24,551 nucleotides of DNA from Candidatus Scalinduaceae bacterium (GCA_046759445.1 JBHICG010000051.1:1-24551); one strand, 5' to 3'; shown: positions 1 to 10,199, counted from the first letter of the stretch. Notes: generated by a model from the sequence alone, not told the origin. Numbers and translations are program-made.

Positions 1-119
1 ATATGCAGAAGGTGATAAGAGTATAAGGGTATATTGGCATCGATAGTTGCGAATAAATTGGAACAGCGACCGTTAAAAAAGGTGTTCGTTTGACTCAGGA
101 AAGAAAGGGCGAATATATT

Positions 120-785
120 ATGAATCGTTCGAGATCTATTGAAAAGAATGAAAAAGAGGTTTCGATCCTTGTAGACAGTGTGCGCCTTCAAGGCATTCTT
201 GGATTACCTTCACATGCGCAAGGTGTGGTTGTCTTTGCTCATGGTAGTGGGAGTGGTCGTTTAAGCCCAAGAAACAATTTTGTAGCCCGTGTTCTCCAAA
301 ATGCTGGCATCGCAACATTGCTGGTAGATCTCCTAGAGGAATCAGAAGATTGGGATCGCCAAAAAGTCTTCGATATAGACCTTCTTACCAACCGTCTTTT
401 AGCCAATGCCCACTGGTTACGCCAGCAACCAGAAACACGTGAGCTAACGCTGGGTTACTTCGGAGCAAGTACGGGTGCCGGTGCCGCACTTCAGGCTGCA
501 GCACGAGAACCCCGTGAAATTACGGCTGCGGTTTCTCGTGGAGGACGTCCGGATCTTGCCATGGAGTATTTACCTCTCGTGCAAGCATCAACCCTACTCA
601 TCATTGGAGGTGAGGATAAACCAGTTATCTCCCTGAATGAAGCTGCATATGCACAGTTGAAGTGTCGCAAAGAACTGACTATTGTGCCAGGTGCCACTCA
701 CCTCTTCGAGGAACCTGGTGCACTGGGCAAAGTGGCCCAGCTTGCGCGAGATTGGTTCATCAATAACTTCCTCAAGCAGGCTTGA
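120..785 (+). CDS. Dienelactone hydrolase-family alpha/beta hydrolase
   Basis: HGSGSGRLSPRN motif, GYFGASTG nucleophile elbow, GGED acid, ATHLFEEPG His motif. ATG at 120 is preferred over TTG at 90. Confidence 0.85.
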   Translation: MNRSRSIEKNEKEVSILVDSVRLQGILGLPSHAQGVVVFAHGSGSGRLSPRNNFVARVLQNAGIATLLVDLLEESEDWDRQKVFDIDLLTNRLLANAHWLRQQPETRELTLGYFGASTGAGAALQAAAREPREITAAVSRGGRPDLAMEYLPLVQASTLLIIGGEDKPVISLNEAAYAQLKCRKELTIVPGATHLFEEPGALGKVAQLARDWFINNFLKQA

Positions 786-934
786 GGTCGCTGGGCGTAA
801 AAGATGGTCGGGGCTTGCAATATTACAAATAATCAAAATCGCATCTCATCAAAAATCAATCCTTGCTTAAGAAGAGAAGAAGACGGAAGGAAAAGGGTAG
901 GTGGGGTATGTCTTTAATTTTTCAAATAATAATT

Positions 935-2182
935 CTATTTTCCGATTATGTTAATAAATTCAGGATTGTTGTTGTATGGTTGCCATTCAGGATGCTTTCC
1001 CAAGCTATCCATCTCCCATCCTTTCTTAATAGCCTTCCTCAAATATTGAAATGCCTCCATTTCCTTTTCCAGTCCAGCATAAGAGGTAGCAAGGTAATAG
1101 TAGTCTTCTGGCCACATCCTTTCAGGCGGCCATTTAACACGGGCTAATTTTATGGCATCCTGATAGGACCGTACAGCCCTGGAATATTTGCCGAGATGAT
1201 AACTCAGAAGTCCAGAGTATCTGTAATACTTAACGCGTACACCGAGCGGGAGTCGCGCCGGATCATTCTGTAGCAGGGAATCTACCTTATCTCGTTGTTT
1301 TCTAGCATCATTAAATTGTTTGTTGTGTGTGAGTCCGTAAATATATGATATTTGGAAGTAGGGATTTTTAGGATACTGTTCTGCAAGCCATTTCGATGTA
1401 TGATAAAATCCATCCCGGTCCTCTTCCCAGCGGAATACTCTGAGGAGAATCTTTCTGGCCTCAGTCGATAAGAGGGCGCTATTGTCACGGACGAGTTTGA
1501 GTTCGTTTATTCCTTTTTCTCTATCCCCTTTTGGTCCTCCAAGCAGAAATGACAGGACTTTTGCAATCTTAGGCAAAGTAGCAGAGAAATAATGATAGAT
1601 GCCCAAACCAAGGTATGCGTTAACGTAATTAGGGTCTTTCTTCACGACCTTTTCAAGGATCTTAAATCCCTTTTTGCCTTTCCAAAAACCCTTCCACCAT
1701 TGGCCGTTAAGGATATAAAACCGTCCCAGGTTGCCGTTTGCTGCTCCCAAACAATAATACGCTGTCATGTCACCCGGGTCTTCCTCAATTCGTTTGCGGG
1801 CGATATCAATTACCTTATTATTCAGGTAAAATATCTGTTCCTTCAGCCTGCGATTTTCTTCTTCTGTAGTATTATTGCGATGGCGAAACATGTTGAGGTA
1901 AAGACCTCCTTTGAAAAGATAAGGTAATGGGTCTTCAGGCCATTCATTAATAGCTTCGTCAAATATATCTTCGGATTTTTGAACTTCCATTCTGTACAAT
2001 GCATCCATTGCCAGTTCTATCTTGTTTATCAGGGATTTATGTTTTGATTTGTTACCTTCTATAGTTTCTGCCCAAGAACGATAGCATAATAAGATGCTAC
2101 TTATTAGAATAACAATTAAGCACAAAATGACACGATGATGGCAAGGAGTATGGTATTTATGGGTATAGTTTTGAAACTTCAT
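935..2182 (-). CDS. Exported or membrane-anchored TPR-repeat protein
   Basis: 415-aa ORF with an N-terminal hydrophobic stretch (VILCLIVILISSILLCY) and TPR-like helices (AYLGLGIYHY, YYYLATSYAGL, AFQYLRKAIKKGW). Start uncertain. Confidence 0.7.
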   Translation of the reverse strand: MKFQNYTHKYHTPCHHRVILCLIVILISSILLCYRSWAETIEGNKSKHKSLINKIELAMDALYRMEVQKSEDIFDEAINEWPEDPLPYLFKGGLYLNMFRHRNNTTEEENRRLKEQIFYLNNKVIDIARKRIEEDPGDMTAYYCLGAANGNLGRFYILNGQWWKGFWKGKKGFKILEKVVKKDPNYVNAYLGLGIYHYFSATLPKIAKVLSFLLGGPKGDREKGINELKLVRDNSALLSTEARKILLRVFRWEEDRDGFYHTSKWLAEQYPKNPYFQISYIYGLTHNKQFNDARKQRDKVDSLLQNDPARLPLGVRVKYYRYSGLLSYHLGKYSRAVRSYQDAIKLARVKWPPERMWPEDYYYLATSYAGLEKEMEAFQYLRKAIKKGWEMDSLGKHPEWQPYNNNPEFINIIGK

Positions 2183-2267
2183 GTGGTCTTTGGAATTAAG
2201 GAATATTATCTATTAAGACGTTATACTCAAAATTTCTCAATGTTGTTATTGTTTCATATCAATTCTC

Positions 2268-4130
2268 TTACCTTTTTTTTGCCTTTTGATTTGATATATT
2301 AACAAATGGTGTAACAGGTTTTCTGTCCGGGACTGAAATATGTGGATTTTTATCAAGATGTGTATTTATCTCCCTTGTAAAATCAATGCCGTATCGCTCA
2401 AGTTTGGTATCTCCAACACCACTAACCTTTCTCATATCGGCTAACGTTGCAGGATAGTAAATGCACATCTCATGAAGCGTCATATCAGAAAATATTATGT
2501 ATGGGGGCACCTGTTGCTCTTCTGCAAGTTTCCTTCGAAGAACACGAAGTCTCTCAAAAAGGACTTCATCATAGGGTTCAAATCCACTGACTTTGAATGC
2601 TTTAGATTTCTTCTTAATTTCTTCTCTTTTCAATCCCTCTATTTTCTCTCTACCATAGAGTATGTTTGAACCTTTTTTTGTCAGCCTTAATATAGGATAT
2701 TGACCACCGTCCTGTGCGATAGTATCCTGTGCCAGGAGTTCATCAACAATGAATTGCCAGTGCTTTTTTTCTTTGTGCCTGCCAGCGCCGTAGGTCTTAA
2801 TCTCGTCATGCTGAAGTTCACGGATACGCTTTGTGTCTGCACCTGATACAATGTCAATGATATGCCTGATGCCAAAACGTTGACCTGTCCTTGACATGGC
2901 TGACATCAGTATCTGCGCATCAATCGTTATATCAACCTTCTCAACCTTACCTACACAAATGTCACAGGCCCCACAATTTTCATTAGAATAATCCTCACCA
3001 AAATATTCAAGAAGATGCCTGCGTCTGCATACATTATGAGAGGCATACTTAACCGTCTGATTCAGTTTTTCCATGGCGATTGACCGCTCGTTTTCATTGG
3101 GTATCTGATCTATGAAAAATCTGATCTTAGGAATATCTTGTCTGCTAAAGAAGAGGAGGCAATTAGCAAGTTCTCCATCACGTCCTGCACGCCCTGTTTC
3201 CTGGTAATAGCTTTCGATGTTTTTTGGTAGATCCGCATGGATAACGAAACGTACATTTGATTTATCTATTCCCATACCAAAGGCAATCGTTGCCACAATT
3301 ATGGCCACCTTGTCCCGGCTGAATGTCTCCTGGTTTCTCTTGCGTTCCTCCGAATCCAATCCGGCATGATACGGTAGAGCCCTAATGCCATGATTTACCA
3401 GAAATTCGGTCAATTTGAAAACTGAATCACGTGTAGTACGGTAAATTATGCCTGGTTCATCCATATGTTCTCTGAGAAATTCCAGTATTTGTGATTCAGT
3501 CTCTATCTTCCTTTTTACCTGATAAAATAGATTCTGGCGATTAAATGATGCGCGTATTACATATGGGGATCTCAGGCCGATCTTGCTGATAATATCATCC
3601 TGAACCCTTGGTGTGGCTGTTGCCGTAAAAGCTGTTACGGGAATATGAGGAAAGGTTTGAGTAAGATCAGAGAGACTCAGATAATCAGGGCGGAAGTCAT
3701 GCCCCCATTCAGAAATACAATGCGCCTCGTCTATGGCAAAAAGAGATATGGGAATAGTTTTAAGAGTTTCAAGGAAATCTGGCATTGCAAAACGTTCGGG
3801 CGCTATGTAAAGCAGTTCCAAGACATGGTTTTTCAGCTTGTGGTACACGGCAGACATCTCCTGGGGTTCCAGAGAGCTGTTTATAAAGGCAGCAGATATT
3901 CCGTTTTCAATGGCTGCATCAACCTGGTCTTTCATCAGTGAGATCAAGGGACTTATAACAACTACTGTCCCATTCATCATTTTGGCAGGTAATTGATAAC
4001 AGAGCGATTTTCCACCCCCGGTAGGCATTACGGCAAAAACGTCTTTTCCCCCCAGGATGCTCTTGATAATTGTTTCCTGATTAGGACGAAAGGTCTGGAA
4101 TCCAAAGACTTTTTTTAGTGTGTCAAGCAT
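2268..4130 (-). CDS. recQ: ATP-dependent DNA helicase RecQ
   Basis: MPTGGGKSLCYQLP, DEAHCISEWGHDFRP, QETGRAGRDG, Zn-binding CRR..CGACDIC, RQC region and HRDC (VPPYIIFSD). Confidence 0.97.
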   Translation of the reverse strand: MLDTLKKVFGFQTFRPNQETIIKSILGGKDVFAVMPTGGGKSLCYQLPAKMMNGTVVVISPLISLMKDQVDAAIENGISAAFINSSLEPQEMSAVYHKLKNHVLELLYIAPERFAMPDFLETLKTIPISLFAIDEAHCISEWGHDFRPDYLSLSDLTQTFPHIPVTAFTATATPRVQDDIISKIGLRSPYVIRASFNRQNLFYQVKRKIETESQILEFLREHMDEPGIIYRTTRDSVFKLTEFLVNHGIRALPYHAGLDSEERKRNQETFSRDKVAIIVATIAFGMGIDKSNVRFVIHADLPKNIESYYQETGRAGRDGELANCLLFFSRQDIPKIRFFIDQIPNENERSIAMEKLNQTVKYASHNVCRRRHLLEYFGEDYSNENCGACDICVGKVEKVDITIDAQILMSAMSRTGQRFGIRHIIDIVSGADTKRIRELQHDEIKTYGAGRHKEKKHWQFIVDELLAQDTIAQDGGQYPILRLTKKGSNILYGREKIEGLKREEIKKKSKAFKVSGFEPYDEVLFERLRVLRRKLAEEQQVPPYIIFSDMTLHEMCIYYPATLADMRKVSGVGDTKLERYGIDFTREINTHLDKNPHISVPDRKPVTPFVNISNQKAKKR

Positions 4131-4170
4131 ATCACTGATTTTGTGTTTTTGCTTTGTAGTTGCTAATTAG

Positions 4171-6345
4171 TCAGGGTGTGGGTTTTTGAGATAATTCATT
4201 ATTTTTCTGCTTCAGGTTGCTTTTCAATGAAAGGGAGATTCTTTTCCTTTTCAAGTCTATATCTAAGACGGTAACATTCACTCTTTGATGTACCTTAACC
4301 ACATCATTGGGGTTTTTTACAAAGCGGTCAGAAAGTTGGCTGATGTGTGCTAATCCATCCTGGTGTATGCCAATATCAACAAAGGCGCCAAACGCAGTTA
4401 TGTTGGTTATGATTCCGGGGAGTTTCATTCCGGGTTGAACATCTTCAATTTTTTCGACTCCCTCTTGAAACGTAAACATTTCAAACTTCTCTCGCGGGTC
4501 ACGACCTGGCTTTGCCAATTCATTCATGATATCATTTAATGTTGGCAATCCCACTGTGTCTGTGACATATTTTGCAAAGTTTATTTTTTTACGAATCTGA
4601 TCCTCCTGTATTAAACCAAGTACCGTACATTCAAGGTCTTTTGCTATGGCATCAACAATGTGATAACTTTCAGGATGAACGGCGCTGGCATCAAGGGGGT
4701 CCTTTCCATCTCTGATACGTAGAAAGCCTGCTGCCTGTTCAAAGGCCTTTGGCCCCAATTTTGGCACCTTTTTGAGTTCATTTCTGGACTGTAAAGGACC
4801 ATATTCATTCCTATATTCTATGATATTTTTTGCCAGTTGTGGTCCCAAACCAGAGACATACATAAGCAGTTGCTGGCTGGCCGTGTTGACTTCAACACCA
4901 ACTGCATTTACACAACTGATGACTATATCATCCAGACTGTGCTTTAATGCTCCCTGATCTACGTCATGCTGATATTGTCCCACACCAATAGATTTTGGGT
5001 CTATTTTTATCAACTCCGCTAAAGGATCCATTAATCGTCTACCGATAGACACAGCCCCACGTACTGTTATATCATAGTCAGGAAATTCTTCACGCGCCAC
5101 ATCTGACGCGGAGTACACGGAAGCGCCACTCTCGTTAACCATCACTATTTGAATATTGTCAGGAAGTTTCAGTTTCCTGACAAAGTCTTCTGTCTCCCTA
5201 CTTGCAGTACCGTTGCCTATCGTAATGGCATCTATCTCGTATATTTCACTGAGGCTTATGATCTTTTCGGCATCTTCGGATGAATTTTTCCAGGATTGAT
5301 GGGGATATATGATATCGGTATGAACGAGTTTACCCTGTTTATCGAGACAGACCACTTTACATCCGGTACGAAATCCTGGATCAATGGCAAGGACGTTTTT
5401 CTGTCCCAAAGGCGGCGCTAGCAAGAGTTGGCGGAGGTTTTCTGCAAACACCTTTATGGCTTCCTCGTCTGAGCGTTTTTTTGTGATCAAACGTACTTCA
5501 GTTTCCATAGATGTGGATAATAGTCTTTTATAACAATCATTCACAGCCGTCTTCACCTGTTGAGAGTCGGCGCTCTCTCCCTTTACGAAAAGTGATTCAA
5601 GTATGGCGACTGCATCATCTTCAGGAGGGGATGCGCGCAATGTTAAAAATCCTTCCTTTTCACCACGTCGCATTGCTAATATTCTATGGGATGGAGCTGT
5701 TGCTACTGGCTCATCCCAATCAAAATAATCCTTGTATTTAACACCTTCCTCCTCCTTACCAGAAATTACCTTTGACTTAAAAATACCTTTCGAAGTAAAG
5801 AGTTCACGCATCCTGGTCCGAGCCTTTTCATCTTCATTGATCCATTCTGCTATAATATCTCTTGCTCCTGAAAGTGCATCTTCTACGGAATCAACCTCCT
5901 TTTCCGAATCTACAAAACCCGCGGCTTCCGCTAAAGGATCGATACCGTCTTGTGTGAAAATACACTGGGCAAGTGGTTCAAGTCCCCTTTCTCTAGCAAT
6001 GGTTGCCCTGGTACGACGTTTGGGACGGTAAGGCATATATATGTCTTCCAATACAGTCATTGTCTCTGCTGTGTAAATTTTCTCTTTCAGCTCGTCTGTG
6101 AGTTTTCCCATCTCTTCCAAAGATTTATGGATGGCTTCACGCCTTTTGTCCAATTCCCTGAATTGAGCCAGCCGGTCACGAATCGCCGTAACAGCTACCT
6201 CATCGAGAGTTCCTGTGGCTTCTTTTCTATATCTGGCTATGAATGGTACTGTAGCACCCTCATCAAGGAGTACTGCGGTCGCACCTACTTGCTTTGTTGA
6301 CAGATTGAGTTCTCTGGCAATCTTTGAAGTATGTTCTTTATTCAT
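4171..6345 (-). CDS. tex: Tex-family RNA-binding transcriptional accessory protein
   Basis: GATVPFIARYRKE, AIDPGFRTGCK (YqgF-like), IDPKSIGVGQYQHD, HhH repeats, C-terminal S1 domain (FGAFVDIG). ATG at 6345 is preferred. Confidence 0.95.
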   Translation of the reverse strand: MNKEHTSKIARELNLSTKQVGATAVLLDEGATVPFIARYRKEATGTLDEVAVTAIRDRLAQFRELDKRREAIHKSLEEMGKLTDELKEKIYTAETMTVLEDIYMPYRPKRRTRATIARERGLEPLAQCIFTQDGIDPLAEAAGFVDSEKEVDSVEDALSGARDIIAEWINEDEKARTRMRELFTSKGIFKSKVISGKEEEGVKYKDYFDWDEPVATAPSHRILAMRRGEKEGFLTLRASPPEDDAVAILESLFVKGESADSQQVKTAVNDCYKRLLSTSMETEVRLITKKRSDEEAIKVFAENLRQLLLAPPLGQKNVLAIDPGFRTGCKVVCLDKQGKLVHTDIIYPHQSWKNSSEDAEKIISLSEIYEIDAITIGNGTASRETEDFVRKLKLPDNIQIVMVNESGASVYSASDVAREEFPDYDITVRGAVSIGRRLMDPLAELIKIDPKSIGVGQYQHDVDQGALKHSLDDIVISCVNAVGVEVNTASQQLLMYVSGLGPQLAKNIIEYRNEYGPLQSRNELKKVPKLGPKAFEQAAGFLRIRDGKDPLDASAVHPESYHIVDAIAKDLECTVLGLIQEDQIRKKINFAKYVTDTVGLPTLNDIMNELAKPGRDPREKFEMFTFQEGVEKIEDVQPGMKLPGIITNITAFGAFVDIGIHQDGLAHISQLSDRFVKNPNDVVKVHQRVNVTVLDIDLKRKRISLSLKSNLKQKNNELSQKPTP

Positions 6346-6398
6346 TGAAAATATTTTCAAGTTGTTTATCACTTGGTTGATTAACTATTTCTATAATA

Positions 6399-6504
6399 CC
6401 TTTGCGGTTACCCGTTTGTATTTTAACGGGCCTTTGCGGTTACCCGTTTGTATTTTAACGGGCCTTTGCGGTTACCCGTTTGTATTTTAACGGGCCTTTG
6501 CGGT
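6399..6504. repeat. Perfect 32-bp tandem repeat, 3.3 copies, with an internal hairpin
   Basis: Unit CCTTTGCGGTTACCCGTTTGTATTTTAACGGG at 6399, 6431 and 6463, plus a partial copy at 6495-6504. Each unit contains CCCGTT-N8-AACGGG. Confidence 0.97.
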
Positions 6505-6515
6505 GAAACATTTGT

Positions 6516-7400
6516 CTACTGCTTTAGTTTCAAGTAATTTGCCAAATTTGATTTTTTGTTTATTATGGGCTTAATTTTCCCTTTGCTCGATGTAAGTACA
6601 GTCATGACACCAGGACCATGGCCTGCGATGACACAATCCGAATGAACGACAATACCGACCGAAACAGCGCCGGTTTTGTATATTCTCCCATAAGAATGGT
6701 CTGCGTCGGTTATGGCGACAAAGTCTCCAAATCGAAGTGTCCCGAGACCGTGTTTTTTAACTATTTTTTCATCAAACATCTGTATATCATAATCACCTGA
6801 GTAACTATGGTTTGAGCCCAACCCAGACCCCATAATTGCGGCTGGGACAATATGGGTTACCGGAAAAGCAAGGCTCCCTTTCGTCTCTCTAACAGGGATT
6901 TTCGAGAGGAGGTTTGGCGAGATGTTCATTGCGTAGATCTCAGGATAACAATCTATAAGGATTAATCCTGTCCCATACGCCTTTACCTGCATTTTGTCTC
7001 CAACCACCATTTTTTCGAGTACCTTTGGCGGAAAGTCTACTATCACGTGCTCTATTCCGCCATGTTTCCCAATTACCATTCCTTTAGCTCCCTTGGCGTC
7101 TCCAGAAATAACTTTTACGTCATTTCCAGCACAGGCCAGGGTATTAAGACCAGAATTTGGGGACCAACTCCCAATTGATTTTTCATTATTCATCATGCTG
7201 ACACCTGGCTCAACATGGTCTGCAGCCCAACCAATAGCCTGATCTCCAACTCTTACATTATAAGTAATACCGCCTACACTTGGTAAAACCAGAGGCTTGC
7301 CATCCGCACTAATAACATACGGAGTTCTTGAAAAGGTCGGGCTCGAAACCTGTCCCACTACTGATTGCATAACGAGTTTACGCTTATTTGTCTTGATCAC
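6516..7400 (-). CDS. DUF4438 (TM1086-like) protein of unknown function
   Basis: GGITYNVRVGD, ADHVEPGVS, GKHGGIEH, GDYDIQ and GHGPG motifs. GTG start preceded by AAAGGAG. Confidence 0.85.
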   Translation of the reverse strand: MIKTNKRKLVMQSVVGQVSSPTFSRTPYVISADGKPLVLPSVGGITYNVRVGDQAIGWAADHVEPGVSMMNNEKSIGSWSPNSGLNTLACAGNDVKVISGDAKGAKGMVIGKHGGIEHVIVDFPPKVLEKMVVGDKMQVKAYGTGLILIDCYPEIYAMNISPNLLSKIPVRETKGSLAFPVTHIVPAAIMGSGLGSNHSYSGDYDIQMFDEKIVKKHGLGTLRFGDFVAITDADHSYGRIYKTGAVSVGIVVHSDCVIAGHGPGVMTVLTSSKGKIKPIINKKSNLANYLKLKQ

Positions 7401-7555
7401 TTTTTGACTCCTTTAATTCAACTAAAGTGTAAAAAAAATATAACTATTCAGTTTCAAATCTACAATATATTTTCGCCTATTCTTCTAAAATAAAATTCCC
7501 TTTACAGCTTAACCATTTATCAGCTCACTGGCAAATAAATTCTATCAATACAGGC

Positions 7556-7584
7556 TTGACCACACACCCATATTGGTATATATT
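7556..7584 (+). promoter_or_regulatory. Putative sigma70 promoter for the 7800 gene
   Basis: TTGACC-N17-TATATT. Confidence 0.4.
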
Positions 7585-7625
7585 TCCACTTATCTCACAT
7601 CCTTCGCCAGCACTGTCATAAATAT

Positions 7626-7716
7626 TATTAGGCACCAGGAGTGTATAAATGACAAGAATACTATATCAGATGACTTAATAATAATACTTGTCAGATTTAC
7701 AATTCGTATGGTAATA
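7626..7716. repeat. Degenerate MITE-like imperfect palindrome
   Basis: Left arm TATTAGGCACCAGGAGTGTATAAATGACAAG is roughly complementary to CTTGTCAGATTTACAATTCGTATGGTAATA. The terminal motif recurs at 17216 and 22136-22154. Confidence 0.5.
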
Positions 7717-7799
7717 AAACATAACGTCTGTTAAGTAAATCGATTTAGGGGTTTACTTTCCAGAGCCAACAGAAACTTTTTATTTTTGGAGGAAAAAAA

Positions 7800-9203
7800 A
7801 TGAATACGTACAAAGATGAACTTGCTCCATGGGAAAGAAAAAAAGGATATTATAAAAACATACAGCTCGGCAAGGACACAAGAACTCAAATGGAAACCAT
7901 AAGGGATCAAACGGTAGAGATGATTAGGTCTCAAGTTTCTACTTCAAAAGTAATTATTGCAAGTAAAGACATAATTGATGATGTAATAAATGATGTTGGT
8001 TATAACATGAAAAATATTGGGGAGGGAATTTATGGGATAAAAGCTGCATTTGAATGGGGCATATCTGATGTTGTCTGGCAGATAGAACTGCAGAGTGAAG
8101 CTTTGAGACAAAGCATAGAAGACCTTTATGTACGACTGGACCAAAGCACAAAAGAATTTATAAGTGAAGCAGAAGTGGCTTATGGAAGCGGCAGGATAGA
8201 TAATACATTGGAAAATCTTTTGGATTTGCCAAAAAGCGCAGAAAATATTTTTCCCGTTTATATAACTCTCGGAATTATTTATCTTTTTCATAAGGTAAAC
8301 AAAGAAAAAGCACTGACTTTTTTTGACAAGGCAATAACGCATGCCAAACCACGATCTACTTATTATACAAGTTTTGCTTTACTATATAAGGCATTAATAA
8401 AACGCGATTTTGGTCTCATCGAAGAAGCGGAAGAATGTTCAAACGAGGCCATGAATATTTCAACTAATTTTGCTGAGGCGATATACCAAAATGCCCAATA
8501 CAGCGCTCTTCTGAATAAACCAGACAAAGCTATTCCATTATTAAAAAAAGTAATTAGTAGTGATATTGTATACTGTTTGAAGATTAATAAAGAGCAAGAT
8601 TTTGATGAAATGAGATCTCAAATTACAAAATTATTCGAGGAGATTAGAGATAAGGAAAATCAGAAAGTCAAAGTTAAACATGAAGAGCTCCAAGAGGAAG
8701 GACTGTCTTTTAATAATATTATAGATAATATCCTAAAGCTAGGTTATGAAATCCCCGAAACTCTTCGTACTGAATCGCTTCGAGAGGGAAATAAGGAACT
8801 GGCTAAAATAATAAAGAATAATTCTATTTTTGGCGCACACATAGCTAATCTTTTTATCCCTCAACTGGAAAAAAGATTACAATTTAAAAAATCAGCCTTA
8901 AAAGGAAAATGTCAAGAAATACATAAAGAATTTGATAGTAAAATACAGCGATTGGGCGGTAAATTATTAGAAGAAAAAAAGTCGGGAGGGTTTAAGAGTT
9001 TTCTTCTTTACATCTTGTTAGGTCAAATTATTGTTCTTCCAATCGGCCTTTATATAGGAATGTTAGGAATATACATATCAGAAGCCTTTCTTTTTATTAC
9101 GTGTTTATATTGGAAAATCATTCTGCCCGGCTCAAAGTGGAAGGGTATCTATAGTATACAAGATAAAAAAGAAAAACTGGAAAGGATTTTGAAGAGAATA
9201 TAG
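7800..9203 (+). CDS. TPR-containing protein with a C-terminal membrane hairpin
   Basis: 467-aa ORF with a GGAGG SD, TPR-like helices (VYITLGIIYL, AEAIYQNAQYSALL), a coiled-coil region and two C-terminal hydrophobic segments. Confidence 0.7.
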   Translation: MNTYKDELAPWERKKGYYKNIQLGKDTRTQMETIRDQTVEMIRSQVSTSKVIIASKDIIDDVINDVGYNMKNIGEGIYGIKAAFEWGISDVVWQIELQSEALRQSIEDLYVRLDQSTKEFISEAEVAYGSGRIDNTLENLLDLPKSAENIFPVYITLGIIYLFHKVNKEKALTFFDKAITHAKPRSTYYTSFALLYKALIKRDFGLIEEAEECSNEAMNISTNFAEAIYQNAQYSALLNKPDKAIPLLKKVISSDIVYCLKINKEQDFDEMRSQITKLFEEIRDKENQKVKVKHEELQEEGLSFNNIIDNILKLGYEIPETLRTESLREGNKELAKIIKNNSIFGAHIANLFIPQLEKRLQFKKSALKGKCQEIHKEFDSKIQRLGGKLLEEKKSGGFKSFLLYILLGQIIVLPIGLYIGMLGIYISEAFLFITCLYWKIILPGSKWKGIYSIQDKKEKLERILKRI

Positions 9204-9499
9204 GAAATGGATTAATATGTATGTATGATTCTTTTTTAGTATGTAAGAACTTCTTTATTTTTTATCTAATTATTTAGCTTGTTCTTACCAACCAGCTTGC
9301 TGAGTTCTTATTTCTTTGTAATTAAGATTATACTTTTTAGCTAATGGCTTAAGGACAGGACTAAAAAATATATAGTACTTACCCTTCCTTGCCTGTGGTT
9401 CTTACCTTACTTTTTTTGCTCTCACCATACTATAACACAATACCTCACTTAAAAATATTAGTGTTACGTTTTTAAAAGGCATGCATAATTTAGTATATC

Positions 9500-9528
9500 T
9501 TGAGTACAAGGTTTTTATTTTGTATAAT
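9500..9528 (+). promoter_or_regulatory. Putative sigma70 promoter for the rhodanese gene
   Basis: TTGAGT-N17-TATAAT. Confidence 0.6.
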
Positions 9529-9576
9529 AAAATAAGAGAGACTGAAATTCTAATTTTAGAAGGGAGTGTGTTTAAG

Positions 9577-9924
9577 ATGCTAAAACATATAACAAGGGAA
9601 GCACTTAAAGGAATGATAGACAGAAATGAAAACTTTATCCTCGTGGATGTATTAAGGCCTGAAAGTTATGAGGAAGAGCATATACCAGGCTCTATCAATA
9701 TACCACTAGAAGACATTGGAGAAAAGGCAAAAAAACATCTCGATAGTGATAAAGAGATTATTGTCTACTGTGGTAGTTTTCAGTGTAATATGAGCTCACA
9801 AGCAGCAGAGGAACTAATAAAACTTGGTTATAAAGATGTTTATGATTATGATGGTGGACTTCAGGACTGGAAAGACGCTGGATTTCCATTAGAAAGCTCT
9901 AGATACGCCAAGGCAGTAGGCTAA
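9577..9924 (+). CDS. Single-domain rhodanese-like sulfurtransferase
   Basis: LVDV..ESYEEEHIPGSINIP, active loop YCGSFQC, YDGGLQDW. ATG at 9577 follows an AGGGAG SD. Confidence 0.9.
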   Translation: MLKHITREALKGMIDRNENFILVDVLRPESYEEEHIPGSINIPLEDIGEKAKKHLDSDKEIIVYCGSFQCNMSSQAAEELIKLGYKDVYDYDGGLQDWKDAGFPLESSRYAKAVG

Positions 9925-9954
9925 TATGCTTATAGTTGATATGTTTATGTCGAT

Positions 9955-9985
9955 AAGAGATAGTCAAGAGACTATCTCTTTTTTT
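9955..9985 (+). terminator. Intrinsic terminator
   Basis: Perfect 11-bp stem AAGAGATAGTC/GACTATCTCTT with a 4-nt loop and a T run, 30 nt after the rhodanese stop. Confidence 0.8.
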
Positions 9986-10199
9986 ATGTATTTATTGAAA
10001 CTTTATACATAAGATGATACATACTAAAACAAATGCCAAAGATGGCAAATGCAACTTTTAGCTTCTTAACTGCTTTTAAATTAAAGTTATTAAAACATGA
10101 CAAATTTTTAAGCTGCTTTTAGCCATTAAATTATTTTAATGGTTTTACCTGTTAATTATATTTTTATTGTAAAAAAATGTTTATGGCTAAAGAATAGTA

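Noticed and set aside
2..46. 3' end of an upstream CDS (YAEGDKSIRVYWHR*)
   Set aside because: Too short at the window edge to support or name.
2200..2285. Frameshifted C-terminal extension of RecQ at the poly-A run
   Set aside because: Alternative frames stop within about 10 codons, and the helicase, RQC and HRDC domains are already complete.
6399..6504. CRISPR array
   Set aside because: The units are directly adjacent and identical, with no unique spacers and no cas genes.
9265..9428. Small minus-strand pseudogene (MVRAKKVR*..GKYYIFF..)
   Set aside because: Two in-frame stops and no convincing family signature.
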